DNA of 63,291 nt, the filler included, from Octopus bimaculoides (Eukaryota), in the NCBI RefSeq assembly GCF_001194135.2. It is 9 parts of 8 records of this genome, joined end to end, with 100 filler letters (N's around TTAATTAATTAA, not from the genome) between each part and the next. Parts side by side here need not be neighbours in the genome. Positions count along the whole stretch, not along the records: positions 10,523 to 28,820 come from NC_069006.1; 8 more parts are not named here. One strand, 5' to 3'. This document shows positions 12,769 to 26,830 of the stretch, in pieces. Below the pieces are notes generated by a model. It worked only from the letters and a program-made list of their open reading frames with translations, searched no databases and was not told the origin of the DNA. Position numbers and translations under genes: made by a program. The stretch's first letter is position 1; each line of letters begins with the position of its first letter.

Positions 12769-13844
12769 CGTGTCACTATCCATAAGTCAGGAAATGCACT
12801 CGTGTATTTGTCAATTAAGAAGGTGTGTACCGTACTATATATCCATTACGGCCGATCTTACCTGGTGGTTTATAATAGTCGTATATTCTTTATGTTGCAT
12901 GTTTCGTTTCCCTGTTTTTGTTTTTTTTTCGTTGTTCGAAAAAAAGTTTGTTTTCTATGTTTTCGTTTCTCATTGTGTTCAAGGTTTTTTTTTATGTCCT
13001 GTACCCATATATGCATGTATATATACATATATAAATATGTAGGTATGTACATATATGTATGGATATATGCATATATATATATATATATANNNNNNNNNNN
13101 NNNNNNNNNNNNNNNNNNNNNNNNNNNNNNNNNNNNNNNNNNNNNNNNNNNNNNNNNNNNNNNNNNNNNNNNNNNNNNNNNNNNNNNNNNNNNNNNNNNN
13201 NNNNNNNNNNNNNNNNNNNNNNNNNNNNNNNNNNNNNNNNNNNNNNNNNNNNNNNNNNNNNNNNNNNNNNNNNNNNNNNNNNNNNNNNNNNNNNNNNNNN
13301 NNNNNNNNNNNNNNNNNNNNNNNNNNNNNNNNNNNNNNNNNNNNNNNNNNNNNNNNNNNNNNNNNNNNNNNNNNNNNNNNNNNNNNNNNNNNNNNNNNNN
13401 NNNNNNNNNNNNNNNNNNNNNNNNNNNNNNNNNNNNNNNNNNNNNNNNNNNNNNNNNNNNNNNNNNNNNNNNNNNNNNNNNNNNNNNNNNNNNNNNNNNN
13501 NNNNNNNNNNNNNNNNNNNNNNNNNNNNNNNNNNNNNNNNNNNNNNNNNNNNNNNNNTTTTTTTTTTTTTTCTGTTAAAAGTATTCTTTTCAGCTGTCTA
13601 CAAACACAGCCAGGCTCAAATAATTAATGCATTCTTCGAGGAGTGAACAAAAAAATTCTCAAACTTGAGGGTATGGGTCCCTTAGGTACTAAAATGGGCC
13701 TCCATATATGGATTCTAATGATTCAGGGGCCCACTTGCCATCGGGCAGGCTGGCAAGGAAAAAATGTACTCGTATATGTCTGTCGGTCGGGTGGTACACT
13801 TTGATGTGTCAAGTTTTTGTCGCAGCCTGAGCCTCTATGTTTGT

Positions 13845-14020
13845 GTAGTGACGTCATTTGGTGCCAAAATACAGTCGCCATTACTGCGTTTTCATCCACG
13901 CATGCGCAGGGAATAGTTCCGGAAGGCACACAGGAAGAGTCCCATGCGCATGCGTGGAATTCAACATCTAAACGTTCCCGCTCTTTTGATTCTCTTTTCT
14001 TGCCGGCCGGCGAAGAGGTA
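13845..14020 (+). promoter_or_regulatory. Probable housekeeping-type promoter / non-coding first exon
   Basis: CpG-rich island in AT-rich surroundings. It contains TGACGTCA (13849-13856), NRF1-like CGCATGCGCA (13899-13908) and TGCGCATGCGT (13945-13955), CCGGAAG (13919-13925) and a donor-like GAG|GTAACA at 14017/14018. Confidence 0.55.
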
Positions 14021-14722
14021 ACACAGGTCCAACAGAGCTCTCTCACATGAGCGTGGTCGTATCAAGCTGTCTCTCCAACATTCCAACTCTGGGGACTTTC
14101 TCACAACATTCCGGCGTCTCAGCAACCAAGATTAAAGCTGCCTATTTTCCTCCATGAATAAATATTGTTGTGTTGATAGTTCAGAGTCAGCGTTCGTTGT
14201 TATTTAGAATTTAATATGGGAAAGCAGGTGTACACCTAATGGTGTATAACCGCTTTCCTATATTTGCATATGCTGTTAGATTATCACAAACGCCTGTCTA
14301 TCAAAAGGTTTACAAAAAGGATTAATCCTTTCATAAAAAGGGATTATCCTATTTATACCAACGGGTTGATCAGAGACAGCTCCTAATTCTCTGGTTCAAG
14401 CTTCCTGTTTTAAAGTTGTCTAAATCAAATCATTCCATGAAAATTTCGTGTTGGTTTATGTTCTGAACACTAGCTTACTAATCAAAGATTGTTTTTAACG
14501 AAGTTCTTCATTATTTTAAAAATTAATTGAAACAAACTCGGTGTATTTCGACAGGTATATGTTAATGAAAATATAAACGAAACACAGCAAAAAAAGAACC
14601 TAAATGTTTTATTTTAAATGAAAGAAAGGAAAGCAAGGTGATCAAATAAGTGACTATATTTTTCGGCAATCTTAACGTCTCCCCTGTGCCCTCTTAGCGT
14701 TACTATACTCCCCTGGCAAGGC

Positions 14723-15125
14723 AGTGAGCTGGCAGAAACATTAGCACGCCAGGCGAAATGCTTAGCGGTATTTCGTCTGCCGCTACGTTCTGAGTTCAAA
14801 TTCCGCCAAGATCGACTTTGCCTTTCATCTTTTTGGGGGTCGCTAAATTAAGTACCAGTTACGCACTGGGCTCGATGTAATCGACTTAATCCCTTTGTCT
14901 GTCCTTGTTTGTCCCCTCTATGTGTAGCCCCTTGTGGGCAGTAAAGAAATAAGAAACATTAGCACGCCAGGCGAAATGCTTAGCGGTATTCCGTCTGTCT
15001 TTACGTTCTGAGTTCAAATTCATCCTTTCGAGGTCTATAAATTAAGTAGCAGTTGCATACTGAGGTCAATCTAATCGACTGGCCCCCTCCCCCAAAATTT
15101 CAGGCCCTGTGCCTAGAGTAGAAAA
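14723..15125 (+). mobile_element. tRNA-derived SINE family A (GTGAGCTGGCAGAA...GTTCAAATTCC head), one long and one partial copy in tandem
   Basis: Pol III A/B-box-like head and a TCGATGTAATCGA hairpin core. Related copies at ~6463-6500, 9985-10125, 11490-11640, 48802-48911 and 59260-59370 (-). Confidence 0.75.
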
Positions 15126-15958
15126 AATTATACGCCCCCCCCCCCCCTGGCAATTCATTGCACTGGGTTGTATAATATTTATTAACAGCAAGCTATTACT
15201 TATGTAAAGCAGAACTGGGCTGCCAGACTATTGAGGTCCCTTAGGGTAACTGCCCTATGGGACCTTTTCTATTTGGCTTTCAGTTCCAATTGATTTCAGA
15301 TTTGGTGTATTGATGTAGTTTTTTATGGAAATGAAATTTATTTTTGCCGTAAATTAATAAATAATTCATTAATTACATCAAAATACCAAATTTGAACATT
15401 TTTCACTTGTAGATTCTGCTCACCCTTGTGGTGTGCGATCAATTGATGCACTTGGTGTTGAATTAATGTTTTTTCTTTCTTTGTCCCTCTTTTTCCATCT
15501 TTTCCCTCTCAGTTTTGGATATATATTTTTAATGTGATTTTGTATTATATATGTATCTTACACATTGGTGTTATTTGCCAATTTCAAAAATTCAAAGCCA
15601 AACAGAAAAGGTTTTGGCACTGTATTCTTTATTTTTAACAGGACAAATTAAGTTTACAAATGCCATATCGTATTTTTAAATTTCTGAAGTGTTGAACTGT
15701 AAACACACAAGTCTCTGCGAGAGAGTCATATCTTTTGGAAGTGATTGTTATTTTCAAAGAAATCAACAAGCTCTTGGATCATGTGGCACTAAATCCAATG
15801 CTGTCTCAAGACAGGAGCACATGAGCAATTACCTAGGCCAAACTGCTGAGTTACAGGGATGTAAACACACCAACATGAGTTGTCAAGTGATGGTAGAGGG
15901 CAAACACAAATATATACATATGTCTATCTATCTATCTACCTCTCTATCTATCTATCTA

Positions 15959-15996
<38 letters not shown>

Positions 15997-17728
15997 NNNN
16001 NNNNNNNNNNNNNNNNNNNNNNNNNNNNNNNNNNNNNNNNNNNNNNNNNNNNNNNNNNNNNNNNNNNNNNNNNNNNNNNNNNNNNNNNNNNNNNNNNNNN
16101 NNNNNNNNNNNNNNNNNNNNNNNNNNNNNNNNNNNNNNNNNNNNNNNNNNNNNNNNNNNNNNNNNNNNNNNNNNNNNNNNNNNNNNNNNNNNNNNNNNNN
16201 NNNNNNNNNNNNNNNNNNNNNNNNNNNNNNNNNNNNNNNNNNNNNNNNNNNNNNNNNNNNNNNNNNNNNNNNNNNNNNNNNNNNNNNNNNNNNNNNNNNN
16301 NNNNNNNNNNNNNNNNNNNNNNNNNNNNNNNNNNNNNNNNNNNNNNNNNNNNNNNNNNNNNNNNNNNNNNNNNNNNNNNNNNNNNNNNNNNNNNNNNNNN
16401 NNNNNNNNNNNNNNNNNNNNNNNNNNNNNATATATATATATATACACACAATGGGCTTCTTTCAGTTTCCATCTACCAAATCCATTCAAGGCTTCGGTCA
16501 GCTCAATGGTATAGTAAAAGAAACTTGCCCAAAGTGTCACACAGTAGGACTGAACCCAGAACCATGTGGTTGGGAAGCAAGCTTCTCACAATAGAGCCAT
16601 GCCTATACGTATTTGCGTAAGTATTGTACATACCTATGTATACACATACATGCATAAACACATACATACTCAAAAATACATAAGTATATGTGATTCAGCT
16701 GAACAAAAATGAAAGAAAACTGGGTTCAGTCCCACTGCGCGGCACCATGGGCCAGTATCTTCTACTATAACCTCAGACTGACCAGAGCCTTGTGATTGGA
16801 TTTGGTAGATGGAAACTGGATATATTATAATTGTGGCCGTTGCCAGTAGCATGATCTTTGTTGGGCCTCATGGAGGTGATGATAGGTGACCAAGAGCTTG
16901 GTGATATGCTGCGCTTGAGAAAACTCAAAAGCCGAATGAAGCCATAGTCATTGTCATTAACAGTGTCCTGTAAATGGCACCCATTCAGGTGGTGTGTAAA
17001 ATGCATCCATTACACTCTCGGAGTGGTTGGAATAAGGAAGGGCATCCAGCCGTAGAAACCAATCCAAATCAGACTGGAACCTGGTGCAGCTCTCCAGTCT
17101 TGCCAGTTCCGGTCAAACCATCAAATCCATGCCAACATGGAAAGGGGACATTAAATGATGATGAGGAGGAGGACATGTGTCTTTGTGCCTGTGTGTATGT
17201 CCCCATATCTTATCAGTTCAGCAAAGGGACTAGTTGAATAAGTGCTAGGCTTAAAAAAAAAGTCTTGGTGGGGTCAATTTGTTTGACTAAAACCATTTAA
17301 GGTGGTGCTCCAGCATGGCTGCAATAAAATGACTGAAACAAGTAAAAGATAAAAGAAATAAAAAATTTTATGGAAATTGTCAATAAAATACTTTCATTTC
17401 TCATGTATGGTTCTTCAGAAATTGCCAAAATTACTAAGATGGCCCTGACTAACCTGCTTAACGTTTCATTTAGCTTTGAAAGTTTCTTTTTCTTTTTTTA
17501 AGTGATTTGGGATTTTTTTTTTTTTTTTTTAGTGTGGTGGGGTTTAAACATCTTGTTCTTAAATCAGTAATAACAAAAGATGAAGACAGGTGTATGAACA
17601 ACAAACAGGTATATTAGTTTGACTCTCAAGAAAATGAAAAAGTCTTTTATGTTACAAGCCCATGCTCTTCAACAGAAAGCAATAAGAGAGAATGTAAAAA
17701 AAACTTGTGGATTTAGCAGTCAAACATA

Positions 17729-18198
17729 CTGTAAATCCTCAAGTATAATCCACATTTTTTCCCCAAAATTTAAAGGTCAAAATCCTGAGTGCATACTATA
17801 TACGAGGTTGAAAATGAAAAATATTTTCTAAGCAATGTCCGAGTCGCTATTTGCTGTCCGGCAATGTTTATTCAGGCGCATTTTGTGATGTCGGGTGTGA
17901 AAATACCTTAAGCTAATATCTTAAGCCATATTTATTTTTCACTGACGTTATTACTGCTATTTCCTTATTTTCTGCAAACAAAGTGCACAAAAAAGCTGCA
18001 TTATGTTATATATACAAAAATAATAAAGGACGTTACCGTATATACGTTTACAAACCAAGTACGTTATATAGACCTCCTTGACTGAAGTTAGAGAAGGGGT
18101 GCGTATTATACACAAGGTTTAGGTTTTTCACAGGTACAGACCCCTAAAAATCCCCTGCATATTATACTCAAGGGCAGACTATACTCAAGGATTTACAG
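17729..18198. mobile_element. pogo/Tigger-type MITE (~470 bp)
   Basis: Imperfect TIRs CTGTAAATCCTCAAGTATA ... TATACTCAAGGATTTACAG flanked by TA on both sides, plus subterminal TATACTCAAGG-like repeats. Confidence 0.75.
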
Positions 18199-21100
18199 TA
18201 TATATTTTACTATCAAAGGTGCAAAATATTCATAGAACTGTCACTGATTTTCACATTCCCATTCAGCAGAGAGTCGTGATGTAAACAAATGAATGTTTGA
18301 TTTTGATTGGCCATTTTTTTTCTTTGTTACAAGTTTCATGATGGTGGAGATTAACAATAACTTACATATACAAAAATAAAATATAAGATTGCAGAAACCT
18401 TGTGTGTGATGGGTAGGAATATTTAAAATAAATAATTAATATAATTAATTTTGGTATTTGAGTACTATTTTTACCACCTTGTCCTGCACTTGTGGGCCTA
18501 TCTGGGTGTGTGTATGTATTGGGTCATTCTGTAAATAATGTGGTTTTTTGGAATTGCATGAACTAAAAGTCGGAGGGGGACGGGATAAGTAAGGGGGACA
18601 GGATAAGACGGGAAAGCTAAGTAGGGGTAAAATTTTTAATTTTGCCCCCAACAAAAATTCTAGGGGTGCGCCTGCACCATCTGTTCCTCAGCCCATGGTA
18701 CACCAGTGATTGCAGGAGCACTTGGAATGATTTGAGGATGATCCCTGGCCTAGCAAGAAGTACAAAAAATTGTCTTCCACAGGTACATCACACATATTGA
18801 TAAGAGCATTGTCACTGTGGATTTTCTTTCCTTTATTCTTCTTTATTATCTCTGCCTTGGCAATGGTGGAGGTATTATTTTCAATCATGTTTGTTTGTTG
18901 GTTTGTTTGTCTGTGGACAAGATATCTCAAGAACCGCTGGATGGATTTGAATGAAACTTTCAGGGATGTTTGGCCTCATAACTGGCACAAACTGATTCGA
19001 TTTTGGAATCGATCCTGTACCAGACAAGGATTCTGAATTATTTTTCCAGTTTTTTTGCTTAATTTTTGAGAGTGGTCGGGTTCATTTTTAGTATTCTCAT
19101 TTGTGAGAGCAGTTGAGTTTATTTCAGATATTCTCATTTAAAAAATTATTTCTGACTAATTGTTGAGAGGAAGTTGGTGTTGCCTTGGCGGAGGTTTGTT
19201 CTCTTGAGTGCTCTTGTTTTCTTTGTATTCTATTTTTTTTTCATTTTTTCTCTTCTTTCCTCTCTCTTTCTTTCCTTTTATTCACATGCCAGCATGGAAA
19301 GCGGATGTTAAATGATGATTATGATGATAAACAAAGGAGGAGTAGATTCTTTTGCAAAACCACTAAGTTATGGGGGCGTAAACACACCAGGACCAGTTGT
19401 CAAGTGGTGGAGGACAAACATAGATACAAACACACACACACACACATATATATGTATATAATGGGCTTCTTTCAGTTTCCATCTACCAAATTCACTCACA
19501 AGGCTTTGGTTGACATGAGACTATAGTAGAAGACACTTGCCCATGGTGGCACAGTGGGGCTGAACCCAGAACCATGTGGTTGCGAAGCAAACTTCTTACC
19601 ACATAACCACACTTGTGCCTATACTATTATTATTATTATTAAAAAAAAAACACAAAATATTATATTTTAATATAATATTTTGTGTTAATCAAAATATATT
19701 ATATTTTAATATAATTAAAATATATTACGGAGATGTACTTGCATAGCAAGTGACCTGATATAATATTTTGTGTTAATTAAAATAACATCAGAAAGGATTA
19801 CAAAAAACAGAGAGAAAAAAACTATGAATTTATCTTACAATCCATGTCTCTGAAGATGACCAGATTTGTGGCTTTACACTTTATGGATTCTAAGGTGGTT
19901 TATTTGGCCAATATTGGAATAAAATCCATACTTACTAGAACGGGAGCAGCATCAAGATCTGGTGGGACTTTTGTTATAATTTTTGCGATTTTCCACTTTT
20001 AATTTTTTTTAAGAACAAAACACATTAAGATGCCTCGACTTCCTCCTTTAAATTGAATCATACTATTCTTTTTTTTTTTTGATTTCTATTATTACTTAAC
20101 TCATCTATTATATGATGAAATAATAAAAATAAATACAATTTAATAAACCAAAAAATAACAACTAAAAAAACAATATATAATTGATAAAATGATAGTAGAT
20201 ATTTTTTCTTCATTTGATGATCATAATTCAACAACCTTATACCCTCATTCTCTAACATGAATTTTATTCTTATGATCTCTCTTTTTTATTAATTCTTCAT
20301 TTTGAATTTTCCCATCATTTTTTAACTCCTCTTTTATAATTCCCAAGCAAATTATTAACATTCATAGGCACAGGAGTGGCTGTGTGGTAAGTAGCTTGCT
20401 TACCAACCACATGGTTCTAGGTCCAGTCCCACTGCGTGGCACCTTGGGCAAGTGTCTTCTACTGTAGCCTCGGGCCGACCAAAGCCTTGTGAGTGGATTT
20501 GGTAGACAGAAACTAAAAGAAGCTCATCGTATAATCCTAGGATTAATTCCACATTTTTTCACTTTGAAAACATTTTTCTTTCAGACCCCCAACCCTCCTT
20601 GGTGAGCTGGCTGAACCAAAGTAAGCATCTGTTCCAGTCACCTACTTAAACATTTTCTTTTTCTTTATCTCCTGTTCAAAACACTTCCTTTCAGATACAC
20701 AGGCAACACACACCCTCTCACTTTCTCCCTCCACTATCTCTCCATTCCTCTCCCCCTTTACACTCCACATTACTCTTCTCTTCCCCCTCTCTCTCTCCAC
20801 CACAACCCCTTCACTAATTCTATAAAAAGAGACAAATTCCTTCACACAATTTAAATCTGAAGATTCTATTAGAGTAGATGAAAATATNNNNNNNNNNNNN
20901 NNNNNNNNNNNNNNNNNNNNNNNNNNNNNNNNNNNNNNNNNNNNNNNNNNNNNNNNNNNNNNNNNNNNNNNNNNNNNNNNNNNNNNNACCCAGAACCATG
21001 TGGTTGGTAAGCAAGCTACTTACCACACAGAAAATTAATATCAACAGCAGTTTGCAGTGCTTCACCAAAAGGGAGAATTATAATTGTTGCTAAACGTGAC

Positions 21101-21208
21101 TAAGATGTTAAGAAACACCTACATTGCTAGAAATAAGAGCTAAAATGGTCTAATGCTGTAGTCAAAGCACATAAATGTAAACATTTAATGTATATGTTTA
21201 CATTTATA

Positions 21209-21578
21209 GGCGCAGGAGTGGCTGTGTGGTAAGTAGCTTGGTTACCAACCACATGGATCCGGGTTCAGTCCCACTGTGTGGCATCTTGGGCAAGTGTCTT
21301 ACTATAGCCTCGGTCCGACCAATGCCTTGTGAGTGGATTTGGTAGACGGAAACTGAAAGAAGCCTGTCGTATATATGTATATATCTATGTGTGTTTGTCC
21401 CCCTAGCATTGCTTGACAACCAATGCTGGTGTGTTTATGTCCCCGTCACTTAGCAGTTAGGCAAAAGAGATTGATAGAATAAGTACTAGGCTTATAAAGA
21501 ATAAGTCTCGGGGTTGATTTGCTTAACTAAAGGCGGTGCTCCAGCATGGCTGCAGTGAAATGACTGAAACAAGTAAAA
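21209..21578 (+). mobile_element. tRNA-derived SINE family B, near full length
   Basis: GGCGCAGGAGTGGCTGTGTGGTAAG head, CORE-like CTTGGGCAAGTG segment and GACTGAAACAAGTAAAA tail. Many other copies or parts: 20366-20530, 25985-26360, 44255-44370 (+); 15700-16610, 19380-19620, 34440-34780, 51020-51320, 53510-53840, 58965-59125 (-). Confidence 0.85.
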
Positions 21579-21645
21579 AAAAAATTTTATGTGTGTTGAC
21601 TACAACATTGGAGCATTTTAGTTCTTATTTCTAGCAATGTTGGTG

Positions 21646-21684
<39 letters not shown>

Positions 21685-21699
21685 ATATATATATCATCA

Positions 21700-22260
21700 T
21701 CATCATCATCTTTAATGTCCTCCTTTCATGCAGACATGAGAATACAGTGAGTGATGGAAGAGGTGTGCAGGGGAATGGACATAAATGACATGCTTTTAGG
21801 GCCCCAGTTTTACTTTGCTGGACAAGTCTTCTCATGTACAGCAAATCGCCAAGCTCCTCTGTCCTTTGTCCCCTCCTCTGTCCTTTGTCCTCTCCTCTGT
21901 GAGGCTCAACAGCTGAAGATCATTTTGCACCACTTTGTCCCACATCTTCTTGTGTCTTCTTCTTCCATGGGTTCCCTTCACATTTAGTGATCAGCACATC
22001 TTTATGCGACTCTCATCATCCAGTCACATCACATGACCATACCAGTGCAGTCTTCTTTCTTGCACAACATACCTGATGCCTCCTATACCTGATTTGTACA
22101 TGCACACTGATATTGCACTGGGTGCATTTTATTGCATTTGATCAAGAGGATATGTTAAGCCTCTTCATCATATCTTGTTGCTGCTAGCCTATCATATCTT
22201 GTTACTGTTAGCCTATCATATCTTGTTACTGTTATCCAATCTCCTTATAGGACTGTACTG
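21700..22260 (-). mobile_element. Degenerate RTE LINE 3' fragment
   Basis: Starts with a (CAT)n tail. CATGACCATACCAGTGCAGTC segment is homologous to 35620-35680. Further RTE pieces lie at ~23250-23660. Confidence 0.6.
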
Positions 22261-23184
22261 GGTATATTCTATCTTGGCACCAGCACTTCCTCAGGAAGAT
22301 TAGAGTTCTGATTGCTCTGTGTTCATTTGCTTAAGACAAGCTGATCAATCATGACCAAAGGCAGAACATGATGGGTGCATGAAGAAAGCCAGCTTACGAT
22401 GACAGTAAGAGAGTGGTAGAGGAGGATAGAGGGAGCAATGGAAGGGGACATTGGAATGAGTGGTGACTGAAAATAAGAAAAGGTGAAGGTAGAGGGTATG
22501 GGGTACAAGTACAGGTTGTCCCTTTTATATGAGCCTAATAATGAGCAAGAGAGGAAGTTTGATAAGGATGGGTGTAGCGGTGGATTGAATATAGGTTCAA
22601 TACCACCCCTTGTTACATAATTGGTATTGAGCAGTGAATAGGAGAGGGGCATTGTCTTTCTTGGTTACACTAGCAGCAGAGCATTGTGAATAGAACAGTT
22701 TGTGTGTGTGGTAGAGAGATGAGAGGGTAGCAAAGAGGCAGTGTATGTAGTGTTGACAGTACAGATAGAGAGGGTGAAGTATCACCTTAATGCCTACTTT
22801 TCAATGCTTGCATGGGTCAGATGAAATTCGTTGATGTAGATTTTTCTGTGGCCAGATACTGAACTTGTTGACAGCTCTCACCTGTTTCCCAGCAAAGTAA
22901 TGTTTCCTTTCAACATGAACAGCACAAATAACCAGATACGTTTGCATGGAAGACTCCACACATCTGACACTGCTTGTATGATGTTTGTTAACAGTTAGTG
23001 CAATGTCAAGACAAGGAGACCAACTTACTCCCACCATGTGTGTGTGTGTGCATGTGCATGCACACTGGGCTTCCTTCAGTTTCTGCCTGCCAAGTCTGCT
23101 CACACAGCTTTGATGTCTTGCAGTGGGACTGAACTTGAAATTATTTAACTGTGAAGCAAATTCTTAAACATACCGCCATGTCTG

Positions 23185-23224
<40 letters not shown>

Positions 23225-24485
23225 ATGTAGTGCTGGTGCCATGAAGATGCACCAGCTACCAGTATACACTGTGCAGTTGTCAGTAAATGAACAGTAAAAG
23301 TGTTGGCTTGTAACCCTAACTCCAACCCTTTAATCCTGTTTCACTGAGAACTATTCAACCTGTCCATCTAGTGTTGCTGTCACAAGAAAATTTATGCACC
23401 CAGTATATTCTGGTGATAGAGAGGACATCCAGTCTCACCTGCATTGCATGGACAGGTGTGTCAAAAGTTGATGTGGTCCTTTGTCTTCTTCTTTTCATCA
23501 TTCAAGGCCCACGTCTCTGTCAACATTGCACTTCCTACAGAAGCATCTTATAACTTACCCTTCATACTGAGAGAGAAACCTTTTGTTGTCAGCAGAGGTA
23601 ATAGCCCCTGAACTTATTCCAAATCATTCTTACTCTGGTAGTTATGCTTCCAGACACCCCCCTCCCCCCTCCTAGCTAATTAGGTTACCTTAGTAACCAA
23701 AACTGTCAATTACTTGGAAGCTTTTCAAGTATTTGAGAGAATCTTTATTTCTGTCAGCTCTTAGTGCTTATCATTCCTGCTCACCTGCTGCATACAAAGT
23801 CGGCCTTCTCTGTTGATCTGCCTGTGACCCTACTTCAACATGTGCGTCAATGAATTACGTTACTTACACTTTTCATACCGTCTCTATTTTTGCATATCAA
23901 GCATAATCATTTCCTTGTTGGTATCAAGGCCCTACCTCCTCCTCCTCCTTGTTTAACATCCACTTTTCCATGTTTGCATGGGTTAGACACTTTGTTGAGT
24001 CAGATTGTCTATGGCCAGATACCCTTTCTGTTACCAACCCTCACCTGCTTCCAAGTAATGCAATGGTTCCCTTTGGCCAGGCATGTTTTTCATGGAAGTT
24101 GGAAACGAACAATATTATGTGACAGTGTGCTCCTTTACAACCATCAAGTGATGTCAAGACAAAGGTACACACACACACGACCGGTTTCTTTCAGTTTCTG
24201 TCTATCAAATCCACGAGCAAGGCTTTGGTTGGCCCGAAGTATAGCAAAAACTCGTGCAAGGTGTCCTGCTGTGGGACTGAACCTGAGACCACATAGTTGT
24301 GAAGTAAGCTTCTTAATCACACAGCCATGCTTCTACTTACTAATAGTTTAGTTTCTGCTAAGTTTACTTTGTGGTCTGCTAATTCTAAGTCTTGCTTCTA
24401 TCTATGGGATTACTTTCCTAAATTTGCTACTGATTCAGTTGGTAAAAACTAGGTTATCAGCATATGGGAATATTTATGGTCTTAA

Positions 24486-24701
24486 CCCTTTCGCATTCAG
24501 ATTACTCTGTCAAATGTAAAGCTTATTTATTCACATTGTTTTCAATTAATCATGCATTATCTTGTGGCTTTGAAATTTCAATATTGCGACTGTTTATTTT
24601 AAGAACAACATTTTAAGGTAGGTGTGAGAGGCCTGAACAAGTGGGTTTGAACATAAATCAGAATATTTGGGTCTGAAATGACTGGTTTGAATATTACAGG
24701 G
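24486..24701. mobile_element. piggyBac-type MITE
   Basis: TTAA|CCCTTT ... ACAGGG|TTAA: CCC/GGG termini with a TTAA target duplication. Related fragments at ~14380-14580 and ~51460-51700. Confidence 0.6.
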
Positions 24702-24705
24702 TTAA

Positions 24706-24900
24706 ACTGTTATTGTTTGAATGGCTATAATAAATAAAAAGGGGCTGAAGACTGAGTCTTGATAAACTCCTATCTGAATGTTAAATTTGTTTCTCACCTC
24801 ACTTCTAATTCTCACCTTGTTGACTGCAGCTCTGCGTATGACTTGTTTGATTCTTACAAGCCATTCATCTTCCTCTGTGACCCACCATGGAACTGTCAGA
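24706..24900 (-). mobile_element. RTE reverse transcriptase fragment
   Basis: ORF 24702-25112 contains IGVYQDSVFSPFLFIIAIQTIT, a degenerate QGSVLSPLLF motif. Another RT piece lies at ~25380-25800. Confidence 0.65.
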
Positions 24901-26366
24901 GGTCTTTTCTTGGTTGATAAACAGGTGCAGGCATGGCCTTGTGGCAAGAAGTTTACTTCCCATCTACATGGTTTTGGGGTCAGTCTTCCGACTGCATGCC
25001 ACCTTGGACAACTAACTGCCTTGTACCATAACCTCAGGCCGACCAATACCTTGTGAATGGATTTGGTTGATGGAAATTGAAAGAAGCTGATGTCTCCTTG
25101 TCTTGACATCATGTGGCAATTTTAAATGAGTGTCACTGACATGCAAGCGGTGTCCTTTGTTTGCAATCTGTGGAAAACATGTATGGTCAGGGGGAAATAT
25201 TAACGTTACTTGGAAGCAGTTGAGGGTTGGTGACAGGAAGGGCATCTGGCTGTAGAAAATCTGCCTCAACAAATACCATCTGACCCAGGCAAGCATGGAA
25301 GAGTTAACATTAAATTGACAATGATGACTAAATGCCCAGAACAGAGGCTTACTCTTGGTCAAGTATTTGCAATTGCCTCACAGGAAACTGGTATCTATAT
25401 TCCTTATTACTGGCATGAAACCACGTATCATCTCTTTGTAATCTCATAACTTCCATAAACTGTTCCAACAGTTTGATACCTCTTTAGTTTCCTCTTTTGA
25501 CACCTCTACTTTGTCTCAGCAGTGGTTGGTAATGGTGCTGCACCAGTTGTAGCAAATGACACTTTACTGTACCACCTCATGTTTATATGGGGGATAAGCT
25601 TGTGCCTACCTCAGTCATGTTTTAAGCATCTGAATGGAGATATCCTGATGGGCCAGGTGATTTGCTAGTTTTCTATTGTTTGATCTCCAGCAGTATCGAC
25701 AATATTGCTGTCTGTCATCTTGAAAGGCCTGGTACCTGTCAGGCCTACTTTATTTAGTAGGCCTTCTGTATTTGGTTGAATAAAACACACATGGACATAT
25801 TAGATGTACCCCAGTTTTGGCAGTGTATATTCAAGAGAAAAAAAAAGGTTTTAGTGCATTGAAGCATGTAATATAGGGCACAGGTGATTTTATGTTTTTT
25901 TTTTTGAAAAGGAAAATAACCCCGCATTTTCTATATCATTAAATATGGGGTTCTATATATTATGTGTGTATATTTTTATGTACACAGGTGTGGCTGTGTG
26001 GTAAGAAGCTTGCTTTCCAACCACATGGTTGCAGGTTCAGTCTCACTGTGTGGTACCTTGGGCAAGTGACTTCTACCTGTAGCAATAGGCTGACCAAAGC
26101 CTTGTGAGTGGATTTGGTAGACGGAAACTAAAAGAAGCTCATTGTATATATACCTGTCTTTGTGTCTGTGTTTGTTGCCCACCACTGCTTGACAACTGGT
26201 GTTGGTATGTATACATCCCTGTAACTTAGTGGTCTGGCAAAAGAGACTGTTCGAATGAATACCAGGCTTTTACAAGAAAGTTCAATGCATTAGACTAAAA
26301 TTCTTCAAGGTAGTGCCCCAGCATGACTGCGATCTAATGACTGAAACAAGTAAAAGATAGAAAATA

Positions 26367-26797
26367 TTATATATATATATATATATATATTATTATATTA
26401 CTGTATATATATATATATATATTATTATATTACTATATATATATATATATATTATTATATTACTATATATATATATATATATTATTATATTACTATATAT
26501 ATATATATATATTATATTACTATATATATATATATATATATTATTATATTACTATATATATATATTATTATATTACTATATATATATAATATATTATATT
26601 ACTATATATATATATAATATATTATATTACTATATATAATATATATATATATTATATTACTATATATAATATATATATATATTATATTACTATATATAAT
26701 ATATATATATATTATATTATTATATATATTAATATATCATATAATATATATATATGTATTATTATATATAATATATATATAGTTATATTATTATATG

Positions 26798-26828
<31 letters not shown>
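26367..26828. repeat. AT-rich minisatellite (TATTATATTAC(TA)n units)
   Basis: Directly visible tandem units with a variable TA run. Confidence 0.9.

Positions 26829-26830
<2 letters not shown>

Noticed and set aside
19940-20010. Minus-strand exon ending at a CTA|GTAAGT donor
   Set aside because: No pyrimidine-rich acceptor and no recognisable product.
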